Positions 29,558 to 41,063 of a DNA stretch of 64,000 bases are shown one piece after another. The DNA is taken from assembly GCA_045645425.1 (NCBI GenBank), contig JAZRIS010000004.1:21817-85816 (forward strand), read 5' to 3'. Position numbers and translations under genes: made by a program. Every line of letters starts with the position of its first letter. Within the stretch, counting starts at the first letter, position 1. Below the pieces are notes generated by a model that was not told where the DNA came from, did no database searches, and saw nothing but the letters and a program-made list of their open reading frames with translations. This DNA comes from Barnesiella sp. Lineage in GTDB: Bacteria > Bacteroidota > Bacteroidia > Bacteroidales > Barnesiellaceae_A.

Positions 29558-31036
29558 TTACCTTTTAAACATTTGTATCAACCCTTCGGTTTTTACCGCC
29601 ACTGCCACATATACACACAAGAGTGCAGTGCGACACACGATGCGCCAAAGTGCTGTATCAATGGGAGCATACATACCCACCGCAAACAATACGGCAGTCA
29701 ATATAATATATCCTGCTATCTTACGCAACGGATAGGGCACCGGATAACGCTTGTGTCCTATCGTATAGCTGAGTATCAACATCACGCCATTACATGCCAC
29801 TGTTGCCCATGCACACGCTACATAACCATAGACAGGAACAAACAACACAATGACAGCTATCGTAATAATACATCCTATCACTGTAAACCATGTTCCCCAA
29901 TAGGTCTGGTCGTTGAGTTTATACCAGAACGAAAGGTTAAAGTACAACCCAAACAAAAACTCACCCACCATGACGATAGGCACCACTTTGAGCCCTTCAT
30001 AATAGGCCGGCGATACCAGATACTTGAGTATATCTTCGAGATAAAACGACACACCCAAATATATCAACAATGAGAATATAGTGAAATAGAGCGTTGTGAC
30101 GGCATTACTGCGACGATCATCGGCCTCTCTATTACGCTTGAAGATATAAGGCTCTACGGCATAACGATAGGCTTGTATAAACATCACCATCACTACCGCA
30201 ATCTTGAAACACGCACCATATATACCCAACTGCATCGTCGCCTCGGCCTTGTCGGCAAAGAGAAACGGAAAGAGTATCTTATCGACCGATTGGTTGAGAA
30301 CTCCCGCAATACTTACGCCCAATATCGGTATGGCGTATGGCAACATACGACGCATACGAGGCATATCCATGCGATAGGAAAAACCTCGAAACTCCCTATT
30401 GAGCAACAAGAGATTGACAATAGAAGTTATGACATTCGACACCAAGATATACCCTACACCATATTGCGGAGAATAAAACCAATCTACCGCTTGTGGTACA
30501 TGGCGATAGATAATAGGACATAGTATCAAGAAAAAGATATTGAGCAATATATTCAGCCCTATATTGGCCAACTTGATGCCGGCAAACTTCCATGCCTTTT
30601 CTTCACGCCTGAGTCGAGCAAAGGGAATACTGCAAACCGCATCCAAGGCTACAATAAAGATAAGCATACCCACATACTCGGGATGCGCCGCATAGCCAAG
30701 AAAATCACTGATAGGATGCAGAAAGGCAAAGCCCATGAAAGCAAAAAGAAAAGCTATGATGATGACACTTATGAGCGAATTGGCATACACGCGCATGGGC
30801 TCTTGTTCATCACGGCGTGTCGAAAATCGGAAATAAGTTGTTTCCATTCCGAGTGTAAGCACCGCCAATATCAAGGCTGTCCATCCATAGAGATTGGTTA
30901 CAATACCATATTCGCCCGGCGATGCCAACACACGCACATACATGGGCACCAAGAGCCAGTTGAGAAATCGTCCCACTATGCTACTCAGCCCATATACAAC
31001 GGTATCCTTGACAAGCCCTCTCACTCCGTTACTCAT
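29558..31036 (-). CDS. MOP-superfamily polysaccharide/oligosaccharide flippase (Wzx-like)
   Basis: 492 aa with about 12-14 TM helices and the N-terminal [21 protein letters not shown] typical of the polysaccharide biosynthesis protein family. Its ATG overlaps the ruvB stop (ATGA). Confidence 0.85.
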   Translation of the reverse strand: MSNGVRGLVKDTVVYGLSSIVGRFLNWLLVPMYVRVLASPGEYGIVTNLYGWTALILAVLTLGMETTYFRFSTRRDEQEPMRVYANSLISVIIIAFLFAFMGFAFLHPISDFLGYAAHPEYVGMLIFIVALDAVCSIPFARLRREEKAWKFAGIKLANIGLNILLNIFFLILCPIIYRHVPQAVDWFYSPQYGVGYILVSNVITSIVNLLLLNREFRGFSYRMDMPRMRRMLPYAIPILGVSIAGVLNQSVDKILFPFLFADKAEATMQLGIYGACFKIAVVMVMFIQAYRYAVEPYIFKRNREADDRRSNAVTTLYFTIFSLLIYLGVSFYLEDILKYLVSPAYYEGLKVVPIVMVGEFLFGLYFNLSFWYKLNDQTYWGTWFTVIGCIITIAVIVLFVPVYGYVACAWATVACNGVMLILSYTIGHKRYPVPYPLRKIAGYIILTAVLFAVGMYAPIDTALWRIVCRTALLCVYVAVAVKTEGLIQMFKR

Positions 31037-32067
31037 ACCTCATTGTCAAATAGTCCGCCCCATCCGGCTCGTGTGCGACCCAGATGGCTGTATGCCAAGT
31101 CGGTCACCTCGCGACCTCGCGGTGTGCGCTTGATAAATCCCTCTTTGATAAGAAATGGCTCATACACCTCTTCGAGTGTGCCGGCATCTTCGCCCAAGGC
31201 TGTCGCTATCGTTGTCAGTCCTACGGGACCTCCCTTAAACTTATCTATAATGGTTGTCAGTATCTTGTTGTCTATCTCGTCAAGACCATACTTGTCTATA
31301 TTGAGAGCCTCCAACGCATAACGTGCTATCTCTATATCTATACGCCCCGTACCCTTTACTTGTGCAAAGTCGCGCACACGACGCAACAAGGCATTACATA
31401 TACGAGGTGTACCACGACTGCGCATTGCAACCTCAACAGCGGCCTCATGCGTGCAAGGCACTTGCAACAATCGTGCCGAACGCTCTACTATCCTGCACAA
31501 TACATTGTGGTCATAGTACTCCATGTGACAGTTGATACCAAAGCGGGCTCGCAACGGGCTTGTCAGCAAGCCACTGCGTGTTGTCGCACCCACCAGCGTA
31601 AAGGGATTGAGTGTGAGCTGAATGGAACGTGCTCCCGGGCCTTTGTCTATCATGATGTCTATGCGATAGTCTTCCATGGCCGAGTAGAGATACTCCTCCA
31701 CAATAGGGCTGAGGCGATGTATCTCATCTATAAACAACACATCGTTGGGCTCAAGCGATGTGAGCAAGCCCGCTAAGTCGCCCGGCTTGTCCAACACAGG
31801 TCCCGATGTCACCTTAAAACCCACACCCAACTCATTGGCTATGATATTGGCCAAGGTTGTCTTGCCCAATCCGGGAGGGCCATGCAACAGCACATGGTCG
31901 AGAGGCTCTTCACGCAAGCGTGCCGCCATCGTGAACACTCTCAAGTTTTCTATTATCTTATCTTGTCCGCTGAAGTCGTCAAACGACAAGGGACGAAGAG
32001 CCTTCTCAAACTCTCGTTCATTATCGCCATAACGACTGCTGCGTATATCGAAATTGTCGTCTGTCAT
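31033..32067 (-). CDS. ruvB: Holliday junction branch migration DNA helicase RuvB
   Basis: 344 aa. LRP..FDDF.GQ, Walker [10 protein letters not shown], Walker [10 protein letters not shown] and the RGTPRI arginine sensor. Confidence 0.95.
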   Translation of the reverse strand: MTDDNFDIRSSRYGDNEREFEKALRPLSFDDFSGQDKIIENLRVFTMAARLREEPLDHVLLHGPPGLGKTTLANIIANELGVGFKVTSGPVLDKPGDLAGLLTSLEPNDVLFIDEIHRLSPIVEEYLYSAMEDYRIDIMIDKGPGARSIQLTLNPFTLVGATTRSGLLTSPLRARFGINCHMEYYDHNVLCRIVERSARLLQVPCTHEAAVEVAMRSRGTPRICNALLRRVRDFAQVKGTGRIDIEIARYALEALNIDKYGLDEIDNKILTTIIDKFKGGPVGLTTIATALGEDAGTLEEVYEPFLIKEGFIKRTPRGREVTDLAYSHLGRTRAGWGGLFDNEV

Positions 32068-32092
32068 ACCACAAGGTCATATCAATTATGTG

Positions 32093-32100
32093 CAAATGTA
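32093..32100 (-). promoter_or_regulatory. -7 promoter box TACATTTG upstream of ruvB
   Basis: Plus-strand caaatgta, 25 nt upstream of the ruvB ATG (32067). Confidence 0.45.
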
Positions 32101-32240
32101 GTTTTTTTCTCATACATTCGCAACATTACAAGGCACTATTACTCCATTGTGGCATTAAGCGCACGCATTCTGTTTGCCAGCCCGCCATAAGGCGTAATAA
32201 CCATTTCTTTCATCTCTATATATTATTACAATGTATTGTA

Positions 32241-32729
32241 TTATATATGCCATTCATAAGCAATGCGCTTGTCACCATTGCGCGAGAGCGTGATAATACC
32301 ACTGCGCACAAATCCTTGTCGTTCTATGGCCTGCAACATTGTAGCATTGTCACAATGAGTATCTACACGCAGGTAGTGATGCCTACTCTTGCACCAAGCA
32401 AAACAGCAGTCGGCAATACCTTTTACACGACCATTCGATGCCAAACGATGCACCACACCATACGGCTCATCATAGTGCCACATGCCATCTTCTATAACAG
32501 CATAAGTAGGCTCGACAGCCACATCAAACGAAAAGACGGCAACCGGCTCACTTGCGTGTTCCATCACATAAAAGTGTCCATCGACAATCTCCTGCTCGAT
32601 AAGCTCGCGAAGCGGATAGTCGTCGCCCCACTGCATCGTATTACCCACACTATACATATAGGCCTTGGCAGCCTCAAAGATAGACATTATGACATCCAAC
32701 TCCGACAAATAGGCTTGACGTATATTCAT
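32241..32729 (-). CDS. GNAT-family N-acetyltransferase
   Basis: 162 aa with a GNAT-like core (HRLASNGRVKGIADCCFAWC, acetyl-CoA binding region). The assignment comes from overall pattern only. Confidence 0.75.
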   Translation of the reverse strand: MNIRQAYLSELDVIMSIFEAAKAYMYSVGNTMQWGDDYPLRELIEQEIVDGHFYVMEHASEPVAVFSFDVAVEPTYAVIEDGMWHYDEPYGVVHRLASNGRVKGIADCCFAWCKSRHHYLRVDTHCDNATMLQAIERQGFVRSGIITLSRNGDKRIAYEWHI

Positions 32730-32750
32730 ATTCGTGCTACTATAACATCA

Positions 32751-32758
32751 CAAAGGTA
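32751..32758 (-). promoter_or_regulatory. -7 promoter box TACCTTTG upstream of the GNAT gene
   Basis: Plus-strand caaaggta, 21 nt upstream of ATG 32729. Confidence 0.5.
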
Positions 32759-32895
32759 CTCACTTTGCAACATACTATACCCTATTAGTAATATTTTTTT
32801 GCTCCACATCACAAAAAAATCTTTTTTTTGTTTTTTATTTCTCAATTTAATTTCATTATCTTTACCCGCAACAAAAAACCTAATTCTATACAACT

Positions 32896-33999
32896 ATGAT
32901 TATTGGTATTCCCAAAGAAATTAAGAACAACGAAAACCGTGTTTCTTTAACCCCCGCCGGTGCCAAAGAGCTCATTGCTCATGGCCACACCGTATATGTA
33001 CAACACACTGCCGGTGAAAACAGCGGATTTCCCGACGAAGCTTATGTAGCCGCCGGTGCTACTATCCTTCCCACTATCGAAGACGTATATGCCATTGCCG
33101 AGATGATTATCAAAGTAAAAGAGCCTATCAAACCCGAGTACAAACTTGTTCGCAAGGGTCAGCTCCTCTTTACATATTTCCACTTTGCATGCGACCGTGA
33201 ACTGACAGATGCCATGCTCGAAAGTGGTGCCACTTGCTTGGCATACGAAACTGTTGTCGATCGCAATGGAGGTCTTCCTTTGCTCATTCCCATGAGCGAG
33301 GTAGCCGGACGCATGTCGGCTCAAGAAGGTGCTCGTTTCTTGGAGAAACCTCAAGGCGGACGCGGTGTATTGCTCGGTGGTGTACCGGGTGTTAAGCCTG
33401 CCAAAGTACTTGTATTGGGTGGTGGTATCGTAGGTACAAATGCCGCTCTCATCGCTGCCGGTTTTGGTGCCGATGTTACCTTGTGCGACATTTCTCTACC
33501 CCGCTTGCGCTACCTCAGCGAGACTATGCCCAAGAACGTGAAAACATTATACTCTTCACGCTACAACATCGAGCAAGAGTTGCCCACTACCGACCTCGTT
33601 ATCGGTGCTGTTCTCATCCCCGGTGCCAAGGCTCCCCACCTCGTTACTCGCGACATGCTCAAGTTGATGCGTCCCGGCACAGTGCTTGTCGATGTGGCTA
33701 TCGACCAAGGTGGTTGCTTCGAAACTTCTCACCCCACAACTCATGCCGAGCCTATCTTCGAGGTTGATGGTATCGTACACTATTGCGTTGCCAACATCCC
33801 CGGTGCTGTTCCCTGCACTTCTACTCTTGCCCTCACCAACGCTACTCTCCCCTATGCCATCAAGTTGGCCGATATGGGTTGGGAGGCTGCTTGCCGTGCC
33901 GATGCCGGTCTTGCCAAGGGCTTGAACGTTGTAGATGGCAAGGTTACATTCCCCGGTGTAGCCGAAGCATTCGGTATGGAGTGCCACCCCGCTTTGTAA
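32896..33999 (+). CDS. ald: alanine dehydrogenase
   Basis: 367 aa. [21 protein letters not shown]-terminus and the NAD motif [10 protein letters not shown]. Confidence 0.95.
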   Translation: MIIGIPKEIKNNENRVSLTPAGAKELIAHGHTVYVQHTAGENSGFPDEAYVAAGATILPTIEDVYAIAEMIIKVKEPIKPEYKLVRKGQLLFTYFHFACDRELTDAMLESGATCLAYETVVDRNGGLPLLIPMSEVAGRMSAQEGARFLEKPQGGRGVLLGGVPGVKPAKVLVLGGGIVGTNAALIAAGFGADVTLCDISLPRLRYLSETMPKNVKTLYSSRYNIEQELPTTDLVIGAVLIPGAKAPHLVTRDMLKLMRPGTVLVDVAIDQGGCFETSHPTTHAEPIFEVDGIVHYCVANIPGAVPCTSTLALTNATLPYAIKLADMGWEAACRADAGLAKGLNVVDGKVTFPGVAEAFGMECHPAL

Positions 34000-34028
34000 G
34001 AAACAGTATATATCTTGATAAAACGCCA

Positions 34029-34060
34029 AAGAGGTTGCGAAAATTCTTCGCAACCTCTTT
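34029..34060 (+). terminator. intrinsic terminator after ald
   Basis: aagaggttgcgaa aattc ttcgcaacctctt form a 13-bp perfect stem followed by T-rich sequence. Confidence 0.7.
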
Positions 34061-34114
34061 ATGTATATGACATTCCGGGCACCTTTTTCTTCTTGTTTTT
34101 TGCATAAAAAACAC

Positions 34115-34140
34115 CTTTGATGAAACGCGTTTCATCAAAG
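34115..34140. repeat. 26-bp perfect palindrome between convergent ald and pnp
   Basis: ctttgatgaaacg|cgtttcatcaaag. On the minus strand it is followed by GTGTTTTTTATG, so it can act as a second pnp terminator. Confidence 0.6.
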
Positions 34141-34234
34141 ATGTTATAATTACCTGATATATAGTAACTTATATACGGTTTTACCAACTACTTTTTACCA
34201 TTATACCACCATTTAGGAGCCAAGCGTGTAGATG

Positions 34235-34272
34235 CAAAAAAAGAGGAGCATCTTATGGCGATACTCCTCTCT
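34235..34272 (-). terminator. intrinsic terminator after pnp
   Basis: Minus-strand agaggag-15 nt-ctcctct followed by a T7 run (plus-strand A run 34236-34242). Confidence 0.65.
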
Positions 34273-34309
34273 TGACGATTATTGCGATATAGTTATCTTA
34301 TATCTATTT

Positions 34310-36553
34310 TCAATCGTTGTTGGGTGTTTCCTCACGATTTTCACGACGCTCGCCACGGAACTCGCGACGATTGTTGTTGTTGCGACGCTCGCCACGGTCA
34401 TTGCGAGGCTCGCGACGCTCACGACGTTCGGGCTCTACATAGCCTTCGGGGCGGGGTTGAAGAGCTTTCATCGACAAGCGGTATTTACCGGTTTTGGGGT
34501 CGATTTCGAGCAACTTGACAGTGAGTTCGTCACCCTCTTTGATACCCGAAGTTTCCATGCTTTCAACACGGTTCCAGCCTATCTCCGAGATGTGGAGCAA
34601 ACCATCCTTGCCGGGCATAAACTCTACAAATGCACCAAATGCAAGTATCGACTTCACAACACCGGTGTATGTTTCGCCCACCTCGGGTTGAGCCACGATA
34701 GCTTTGATGCGACGCAATGCCTCGTTGATGGCATCGCGACCGGGAGCCGAGATTTCAATGTGACCGGCACCATCAATCTCCTCGATAGTAACGGTTGCAC
34801 CGCTGGCCTCTTGAATACCTTGGATAATCTTTCCGCCCGGGCCTATCACTGCACCGATAAACTCTTTGGGTATCACCATAGTTTCGATGCGAGGAGCATG
34901 GGGTTTAAGGTCGGCACGAGGCTCGGCAATGGTAGCCTCTATCTTATCGAGGATGTGCATACGACCTTCGCGTGCTTGCAACAAGGCTTTTTCGAGAATT
35001 TCGTATGACAAGCCATCTACCTTTATATCCATTTGAGTGGCAGTGATACCATCGCGGGTACCTGTCACCTTGAAGTCCATATCACCCAAGTGGTCTTCAT
35101 CACCGAGAATATCCGAGAGAACGGCATACTTGGCGTTATCGGTAATCAAGCCCATTGCAATACCCGATACGGGTTTCTTTATCTTCACACCGGCATCCAT
35201 CAAGGCAAGTGTACCGGCACATACGGTAGCCATTGAAGACGAGCCGTTAGACTCAAGAATATCCGATACGATGCGGATGCAATAAGGATAATCGGCCGGT
35301 ATCATGCTCTTGAGAGCGCGGTTGGCCAAGTTACCGTGACCTATCTCACGACGACCTATACCACGCACGGGCTTGGCCTCGCCGGTTGAGAAGGGAGGGA
35401 AGTTGTAGTGCAACAAGAAGCGGTCGTGACCTTGGTTGAGCACGTCATCGAGCAACTTCTCATCGAGTTTTGTACCCAATGTAACAGTCGAGAGCGATTG
35501 TGTTTCGCCACGAGTGAACACAGCCGAGCCGTGAGGACCGGGAAGGTAATCTACCTCACACCAGATGGGACGTATCTCGGTTGTTTGACGACCGTCAAGA
35601 CGCATACCTTCATCAAGCACGCAACGACGCATGGCCTCTTTTTCTACATCGTGATAGTAACGACGCACGAGTGCCTCTTTCTCATCGCGCTCTTCCTCGC
35701 TCATGGCTGCGAGATACTCCTCACATACAGCCTCGAAAGCAGCAGCACGACCATGCTTGTCGGCGTTACCTTGGCGAGCTATTGCATAGGCCTTGTCGTA
35801 GCATTTTGCTTTTACATCGGCACGCAACTCCTCGTCATTGATTTCATGGCAATACTCACGTTTCACTGTCGAGCCAACAGCCTCGGCAAGCTCCTCTTGC
35901 ACGCGGCAGTGTACTTTGATAGCATCGTGGGCGGTCTTCAATGCTTCGAGCAAGTCTTGCTCCGAAACCTCGTTCATCTCACCCTCTACCATCATGATAT
36001 TGTCATAGGTAGCACCTACCATCAAGTCCATGTCGGCACGCTCCAACTCGGCATAGGTGGGGTTGATGCGGAACTTGCCATCGACACGGGCTACACGCAC
36101 CTCCGAGATAGGACCGTTGAAGGGAATATCCGATACGGCGATTGCAGCCGATGCTGCCAAACCTGCCAATGCGTCGGGTATATCTACACCATCGGCCGAG
36201 TACATAGTGATGTTTACAAATGTGTCGGCGTGGTAGTTATCGGGGAACAAAGGACGCAATACGCGATCGACAAGACGAGCTGTAAGGATTTCGTAATCCG
36301 ATGCACGACCTTCGCGCTTGGTGAAACCACCGGGGAAGCGTCCTACTGCTGAAAATTTCTCTTTATATTCTACTTGCAAGGGCATAAAATCAACACCCTC
36401 TCCGGCCTCCTTGGCCGAACATACCGTAGCGAGCAACATTGTATTGCCCATGCGCACTTCTACGGCACCATCGGCTTGCTTTGCCAGCTTGCCGGTCTCG
36501 ATGGTAATGGTTCTTCCATCACCCAAATCGATGGTCTTCTTTACGACATTCAT
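34310..36553 (-). CDS. pnp: polyribonucleotide nucleotidyltransferase (PNPase)
   Basis: 747 aa with two RNase PH domains, KH and S1 domains ([20 protein letters not shown]) and an Arg/Glu-rich C-terminal tail. Confidence 0.95.
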   Translation of the reverse strand: MNVVKKTIDLGDGRTITIETGKLAKQADGAVEVRMGNTMLLATVCSAKEAGEGVDFMPLQVEYKEKFSAVGRFPGGFTKREGRASDYEILTARLVDRVLRPLFPDNYHADTFVNITMYSADGVDIPDALAGLAASAAIAVSDIPFNGPISEVRVARVDGKFRINPTYAELERADMDLMVGATYDNIMMVEGEMNEVSEQDLLEALKTAHDAIKVHCRVQEELAEAVGSTVKREYCHEINDEELRADVKAKCYDKAYAIARQGNADKHGRAAAFEAVCEEYLAAMSEEERDEKEALVRRYYHDVEKEAMRRCVLDEGMRLDGRQTTEIRPIWCEVDYLPGPHGSAVFTRGETQSLSTVTLGTKLDEKLLDDVLNQGHDRFLLHYNFPPFSTGEAKPVRGIGRREIGHGNLANRALKSMIPADYPYCIRIVSDILESNGSSSMATVCAGTLALMDAGVKIKKPVSGIAMGLITDNAKYAVLSDILGDEDHLGDMDFKVTGTRDGITATQMDIKVDGLSYEILEKALLQAREGRMHILDKIEATIAEPRADLKPHAPRIETMVIPKEFIGAVIGPGGKIIQGIQEASGATVTIEEIDGAGHIEISAPGRDAINEALRRIKAIVAQPEVGETYTGVVKSILAFGAFVEFMPGKDGLLHISEIGWNRVESMETSGIKEGDELTVKLLEIDPKTGKYRLSMKALQPRPEGYVEPERRERREPRNDRGERRNNNNRREFRGERRENREETPNND

Positions 36554-36587
36554 AAATTCTTTATTTTCTTTCCATTAAAAAATCGTG

Positions 36588-36595
36588 CAAAGATA
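36588..36595 (-). promoter_or_regulatory. -7 promoter box TATCTTTG upstream of pnp
   Basis: Plus-strand caaagata, 34 nt upstream of the pnp ATG (36553). Confidence 0.5.
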
Positions 36596-36802
36596 ACTCA
36601 ATCTCGGTGGAGAACAAAATAAATTTATCTATTTTTTAATATAAGGTATAGATTATCATACCTTTTATCTCGCTCACGCCCTCTTCTTCATCCTTATTTG
36701 CGAGCTTGATGGACACTACACAAATCCCCACTAACACAGCTTCGTCATCACAACTCGCCCTGTGTTAATGGGGATATTTTACCCACAATCGGTGCAAAAA
36801 TT

Positions 36803-39595
36803 CTACATCGCTATCTTACGCACCAATTTTTCTACTTGCACGAAATATACGCCATGAGGCAACTCTACACTCGATGCGCGAGCTACTGTTGTCTTGTGCA
36901 ACAATGCTCCTTGTGCCGAGTATATATTTACTATTGCATCGTCGGCCACTCCTTCTATTGTTATCGTGCCGTTTACGACATTCACTTGGCAGCCATCCGC
37001 TTCTACACCTTCAACGCCCGACAAATCGCCTACGATAGACGAGAAATCGCGCCAATACAAGGCTGCGCTATATGCGCTCTTGGCAGTGGGCTGTGTATGC
37101 AGGGTGGCATTGAGTGTCACTTCTGTGGTGAATGTTCCATCGCAAATAGTAGGAGGAACAACCGGTAGGGCATATACATCACGCAACGATGTACACTTCT
37201 CAAAGCACCATTGTCCTATCTCTGTCAATCTCTCTGGCAATGTAATACTGCGAAGGCTTGAACAACTCCAGAACACCTCTTGGCCCAATGCACTTATGTT
37301 TTTACCCAACTCTACCGAGGCAAGATTTTCGCATCGCGAGAAGGTATAGTTGCCTATGCAAGTAACACCATCGCCAATAGTGGCCGATTGTAAGTTGCTA
37401 CAGCCCCAGAATGCCTCTTCGCCCAATCGTTGCACGCTATTGGGCACAACAATCGACTTGAGATTGGTACAACGTGAGAAGGCATAATTGCCTATCTCTT
37501 GCAACCCCTCGGCAAGTGTTACACGCTCCAACGCCTCACAATTCCAGAAAGCCGATGCTCCCAATACCGACACGCTCGATGGCAAGTCTATCGATTTCAA
37601 TCCGCTTCTATAGAAAGCAAAGTCGTCTATTTCCTTCACACCTTGAGGTATCTCTACCGATTGCAATTTGCTCAATTGCCAACACAATCCGATAGGTATA
37701 ATCTGCACTTCAGAGCCAAACTCAAACTTCTCTATATTCATGACACCCTGCGCCGCTGTAAAGAGAGGATAAACATAACCATTAAGAGCATAAGTTCTGC
37801 AATTTTTCGCATCCCATTTTACCGATGTAAGACCCAAACAATCTTGGAAGGCATTACCACCAACGACAGTTACATTGCGAGGAATAGTGAGTGTTGATAG
37901 CGATGTGCAACCGCCAAATGCCATTTCGCCTATCGAAGTTAGATTTTCGGGTAGAGTTACCGATTGCAACCCTTCGCAATAGGCAAAGGCAAAATCACCT
38001 ATTGTCGTAACAGTTGCAGGTAACTCTATGTTTTTCAACAATTTCATATCGGCACAAAGAGCTGTAGGAATGTCCTGTACCTCGTTGCCAAAAACAATCT
38101 CCTCTACACTGCATGAGCGTGTAGCATAATTGAGGAACGGAGGATATATATTATTCTCTTCTCTATATGTTTGACAATACATAGCATTCCACTCAACACG
38201 CTTCAGGGCAGGACAATCATCAAAAGCATATGCTCCTATATAACTCAAGAAGCGAGGTATAGATATTGATGTGAGCTGTGTACAACCTTTAAAGGCGCTA
38301 TTAGCTATTGAAGTAACGTTATAATTCATATACTCATACTCGACCACCTCAGGTATTACGACATCGCCCGAACAACCGGCACCCGACACTACTTCGACAC
38401 TCGATTCTGAGGTAGTCTTATATGTAATACCATCAAGCGTAAATTCATCTAACAACTCATACACCTTGTTATTCTCAAAGACGAGGTCCTCGGTCTGCTC
38501 TCCGTAACCGTTATTGAAAATAATCATGGGTTGTTTCAATTCATAATCTGTTTGGAAAGTATATATCCATTGTTCATTGCTTTGTTTTGTCATAACCACA
38601 CCCGGCCACGAGCCCAACAGCTCCTTGTTGTTGTCTCCGGCATCCCACATATAGACATACATCGGATAGCCCGATAATTGCGAGTTCTTGAGATAGGCTG
38701 TCCATGTATATTTAGAGGCGCCCTCATTATTGCTTACGATATTGGTAAAATCTTTCCAATATCGGGCATTCTTATACTTTTCCTCACTACCGTTAGGCAC
38801 AATCACAGGAATAGATTTATCAACCCCTTTAAATGTATTTTCATGCACTGCAGGTGGGATAACGGCATCTATAGATATTACTTCGAGTGCATTGCAATAA
38901 TAAAATGCATTATCGTGAATGTAAGAGAGACTCTTTGGCATTGTTATCGATTGTAAATTCTCACATCCTGCAAATGCCCAACGTCCTATCCAAGAAACAC
39001 CCTCAGAAACAGATACATCTGTCACTTGCGCACAATCTTGAAATGCTCTGTGAGCTACACCCATCACATCATAGTCATGACCTTCGTATGTAATAGTAGA
39101 AGGCAATACTATCGAGCCGGCGTACTCATTGGCATGTTCATAGTAGCTCATACCCCTATATGTCACATCTACCTGACTGAACCATTCATTAACAAGCATA
39201 TAGTAGATGCCATCGACACACATATCTTCTATAACATATGTTTTGCCACTGACAAATGTATAATAGGCTGTTTGCTCACTATCACCATTGCTAAACGATA
39301 CGATGGGAGAAATAAGTTCCCTCGAAGTAAATGTATGCTCCCACAAGCCTTGGGCATTGCGTGTCATGGCAGCACCGGGATAGCTACCCACAATATCGCG
39401 ATCTGTGATGGTACCGGCGCTTTCTTGTATAAACACATACATCTGATCACCCGGCAATTTGCGATTGTCAAGATAGACCGAGTAGTTATACTCACCCTCC
39501 GACGTTGCCTCTGTCATAGCTTGCGCCCCAATGGGTACCAAACTGCACAACACGCACACCAATGCAAGTAGTGCAATGCGTAGATTTGTTTTCAT
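36803..39595 (-). CDS. BspA-type leucine-rich-repeat surface protein with two CBM26-like modules and a T9SS C-terminal sorting domain
   Basis: 930 aa with a signal peptide. Many LRR_5-type repeats are present (..AF.GC..L.S..IP.SV..IG..AF..C). Two related modules of about 90 aa (nt 39251-39499 and 38441-38719) carry the G(S)(Y/W)PG..MT...W motif. The C-terminal ~75 aa (nt 36806-37030, ..VNIYSAQGALLHKTTV...LPHGVYFVQVEK) resembles a Por/T9SS CTD. Confidence 0.85.
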   Translation of the reverse strand: MKTNLRIALLALVCVLCSLVPIGAQAMTEATSEGEYNYSVYLDNRKLPGDQMYVFIQESAGTITDRDIVGSYPGAAMTRNAQGLWEHTFTSRELISPIVSFSNGDSEQTAYYTFVSGKTYVIEDMCVDGIYYMLVNEWFSQVDVTYRGMSYYEHANEYAGSIVLPSTITYEGHDYDVMGVAHRAFQDCAQVTDVSVSEGVSWIGRWAFAGCENLQSITMPKSLSYIHDNAFYYCNALEVISIDAVIPPAVHENTFKGVDKSIPVIVPNGSEEKYKNARYWKDFTNIVSNNEGASKYTWTAYLKNSQLSGYPMYVYMWDAGDNNKELLGSWPGVVMTKQSNEQWIYTFQTDYELKQPMIIFNNGYGEQTEDLVFENNKVYELLDEFTLDGITYKTTSESSVEVVSGAGCSGDVVIPEVVEYEYMNYNVTSIANSAFKGCTQLTSISIPRFLSYIGAYAFDDCPALKRVEWNAMYCQTYREENNIYPPFLNYATRSCSVEEIVFGNEVQDIPTALCADMKLLKNIELPATVTTIGDFAFAYCEGLQSVTLPENLTSIGEMAFGGCTSLSTLTIPRNVTVVGGNAFQDCLGLTSVKWDAKNCRTYALNGYVYPLFTAAQGVMNIEKFEFGSEVQIIPIGLCWQLSKLQSVEIPQGVKEIDDFAFYRSGLKSIDLPSSVSVLGASAFWNCEALERVTLAEGLQEIGNYAFSRCTNLKSIVVPNSVQRLGEEAFWGCSNLQSATIGDGVTCIGNYTFSRCENLASVELGKNISALGQEVFWSCSSLRSITLPERLTEIGQWCFEKCTSLRDVYALPVVPPTICDGTFTTEVTLNATLHTQPTAKSAYSAALYWRDFSSIVGDLSGVEGVEADGCQVNVVNGTITIEGVADDAIVNIYSAQGALLHKTTVARASSVELPHGVYFVQVEKLVRKIAM

Positions 39596-39811
39596 AAAGT
39601 ATTAGTTTTACATAGTTAATATTTCAATTTAATTGAAGCGGAGCAAAGAATAATCATACAAATATATGTATATATCTTTTTTTCGGTATGTTAGTAATAT
39701 AAAAAGTTTCAGTGCACTACAAATATTAAATATCTTTAACATTTAATATCATGACATTTTGCATCATGTGGAGTTGGGTGATATTCTCTTCCATAATCCA
39801 ATTTTTTTGTG

Positions 39812-39819
39812 TAGGTTTG
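39812..39819 (+). promoter_or_regulatory. -7 promoter box TAGGTTTG upstream of the thioredoxin-fold lipoprotein
   Basis: Perfect TAnnTTTG match 28 nt upstream of ATG 39848. Confidence 0.45.
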
Positions 39820-39847
39820 CAACCGAAATAAAATTATAATTCACAAC

Positions 39848-40975
39848 ATGAAAAAAATACTCTTCACGGCCATTATCGCCATAGCTACATTGATAACATC
39901 ATGTAACAACACACCGCAATTTACCATTGACGGCACAATAGCCCACGCCGACAGTACTACCCTCTATCTCGAAAACATCACCGGCACACGCCCCATAGTG
40001 ATAGACTCGGTCGTGCTCAATGACAAGGGCAACTACCGATTTACCCACGCCGTGCCCCAACACGCGCAATTCTATCGCCTGCGCATGGGCAATCAGAGCA
40101 TCAATCTTGTTATAGATACAGTCGCACACATCACCTGCAACAGCCAAGCACAAGCCTTTGCCACCAACTACACCATAGCCGGTAGCAACGAGTGCAACAT
40201 CATGCGCGAAGTAGCCATACAAGGCAGCCGCCTCAAAGCCATTGTGGCAGAAGCCATGAACGACAACACCTCGCGACTACTCGCCCTCGATAGCATAGCC
40301 GCCTACAAGCAACGCATGAGCGAGCTGGTATTGCAAGCACCCGCATCGGCAGTATCGTACTACATCCTCATGCAACGCATCAACGGACTGCCCATATTCG
40401 ACACTTTCAACTACGACGACAACCGCATCATTGCCGCCTCGGCCACAGCCCACCAGATATATGCACCCGATGCACCCCGCACCAAGCTACTGCACGACAT
40501 AGCTCTGCAAGGCATGGCTGCCCGCCGCAACGAGCAGAAACAAGCCATAGAAGTAGAAGCCGACGAAGTGAGCTACATAGAAATAGCCCTCTATGACCTC
40601 GCCGGCAACATGCACAAGCTATCGGACATTGCAACCGCCAACAAGACAGTACTGCTCGACTTCACGGCCTACGCCCTCGAATACTCGCCCGCCTACAACA
40701 TCCGCCTCAACGAGATATACGACCAATACCACAACAAAGGCTTGGAAATATATCAAGTCTCATTCGACACCGACCTCAACCGTTGGCAAACAGTAGCCGA
40801 CAACCTGCCTTGGGTGTGCGTGCACGAAGCCGACAACGTACAGTCGCACCTCGTCACACTATACGACATACAATCGCTACCCACTTGCTACATCATAGCC
40901 AACAACGGCACACAACTCATTCGCCCCGAAAGTTTAGACGATTTGATAGCAAAATTGGCACAAATAATGGGCTAA
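39848..40975 (+). CDS. lipoprotein with a DUF4369-like N-domain and a TlpA-like thioredoxin fold lacking the CxxC motif
   Basis: 375 aa with lipobox LITSC. N-terminal FTIDGTI..ADSTTLYLE resembles DUF4369. The C-terminal TlpA-like region has TAYALEYSP where the WCxxC motif normally sits. Confidence 0.75.
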   Translation: MKKILFTAIIAIATLITSCNNTPQFTIDGTIAHADSTTLYLENITGTRPIVIDSVVLNDKGNYRFTHAVPQHAQFYRLRMGNQSINLVIDTVAHITCNSQAQAFATNYTIAGSNECNIMREVAIQGSRLKAIVAEAMNDNTSRLLALDSIAAYKQRMSELVLQAPASAVSYYILMQRINGLPIFDTFNYDDNRIIAASATAHQIYAPDAPRTKLLHDIALQGMAARRNEQKQAIEVEADEVSYIEIALYDLAGNMHKLSDIATANKTVLLDFTAYALEYSPAYNIRLNEIYDQYHNKGLEIYQVSFDTDLNRWQTVADNLPWVCVHEADNVQSHLVTLYDIQSLPTCYIIANNGTQLIRPESLDDLIAKLAQIMG

Positions 40976-41036
40976 CAGCATATATTACAAAAAAGTAAAA
41001 ATATCCACTTTTACTTGCATAAGCCAAAATAAAGCC

Positions 41037-41044
41037 CTACCTTT
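41037..41044 (+). promoter_or_regulatory. -7 promoter box TACCTTTG of the greA leader
   Basis: Perfect TAnnTTTG match. A TTG sits 20 nt upstream (a possible -33 element), and the box is 118 nt upstream of the greA ATG. Confidence 0.5.
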
Positions 41045-41063
41045 GTCCTCGTAATAATAAAGG

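Noticed and set aside
39723-39749. Inverted repeat atattaaat-N9-atttaatat in the AT-rich divergent promoter region between the LRR gene and the thioredoxin-fold gene as a possible operator
   Set aside because: The region is extremely AT-rich, so 9-bp A/T palindromes are expected by chance, and I have no supporting evidence.
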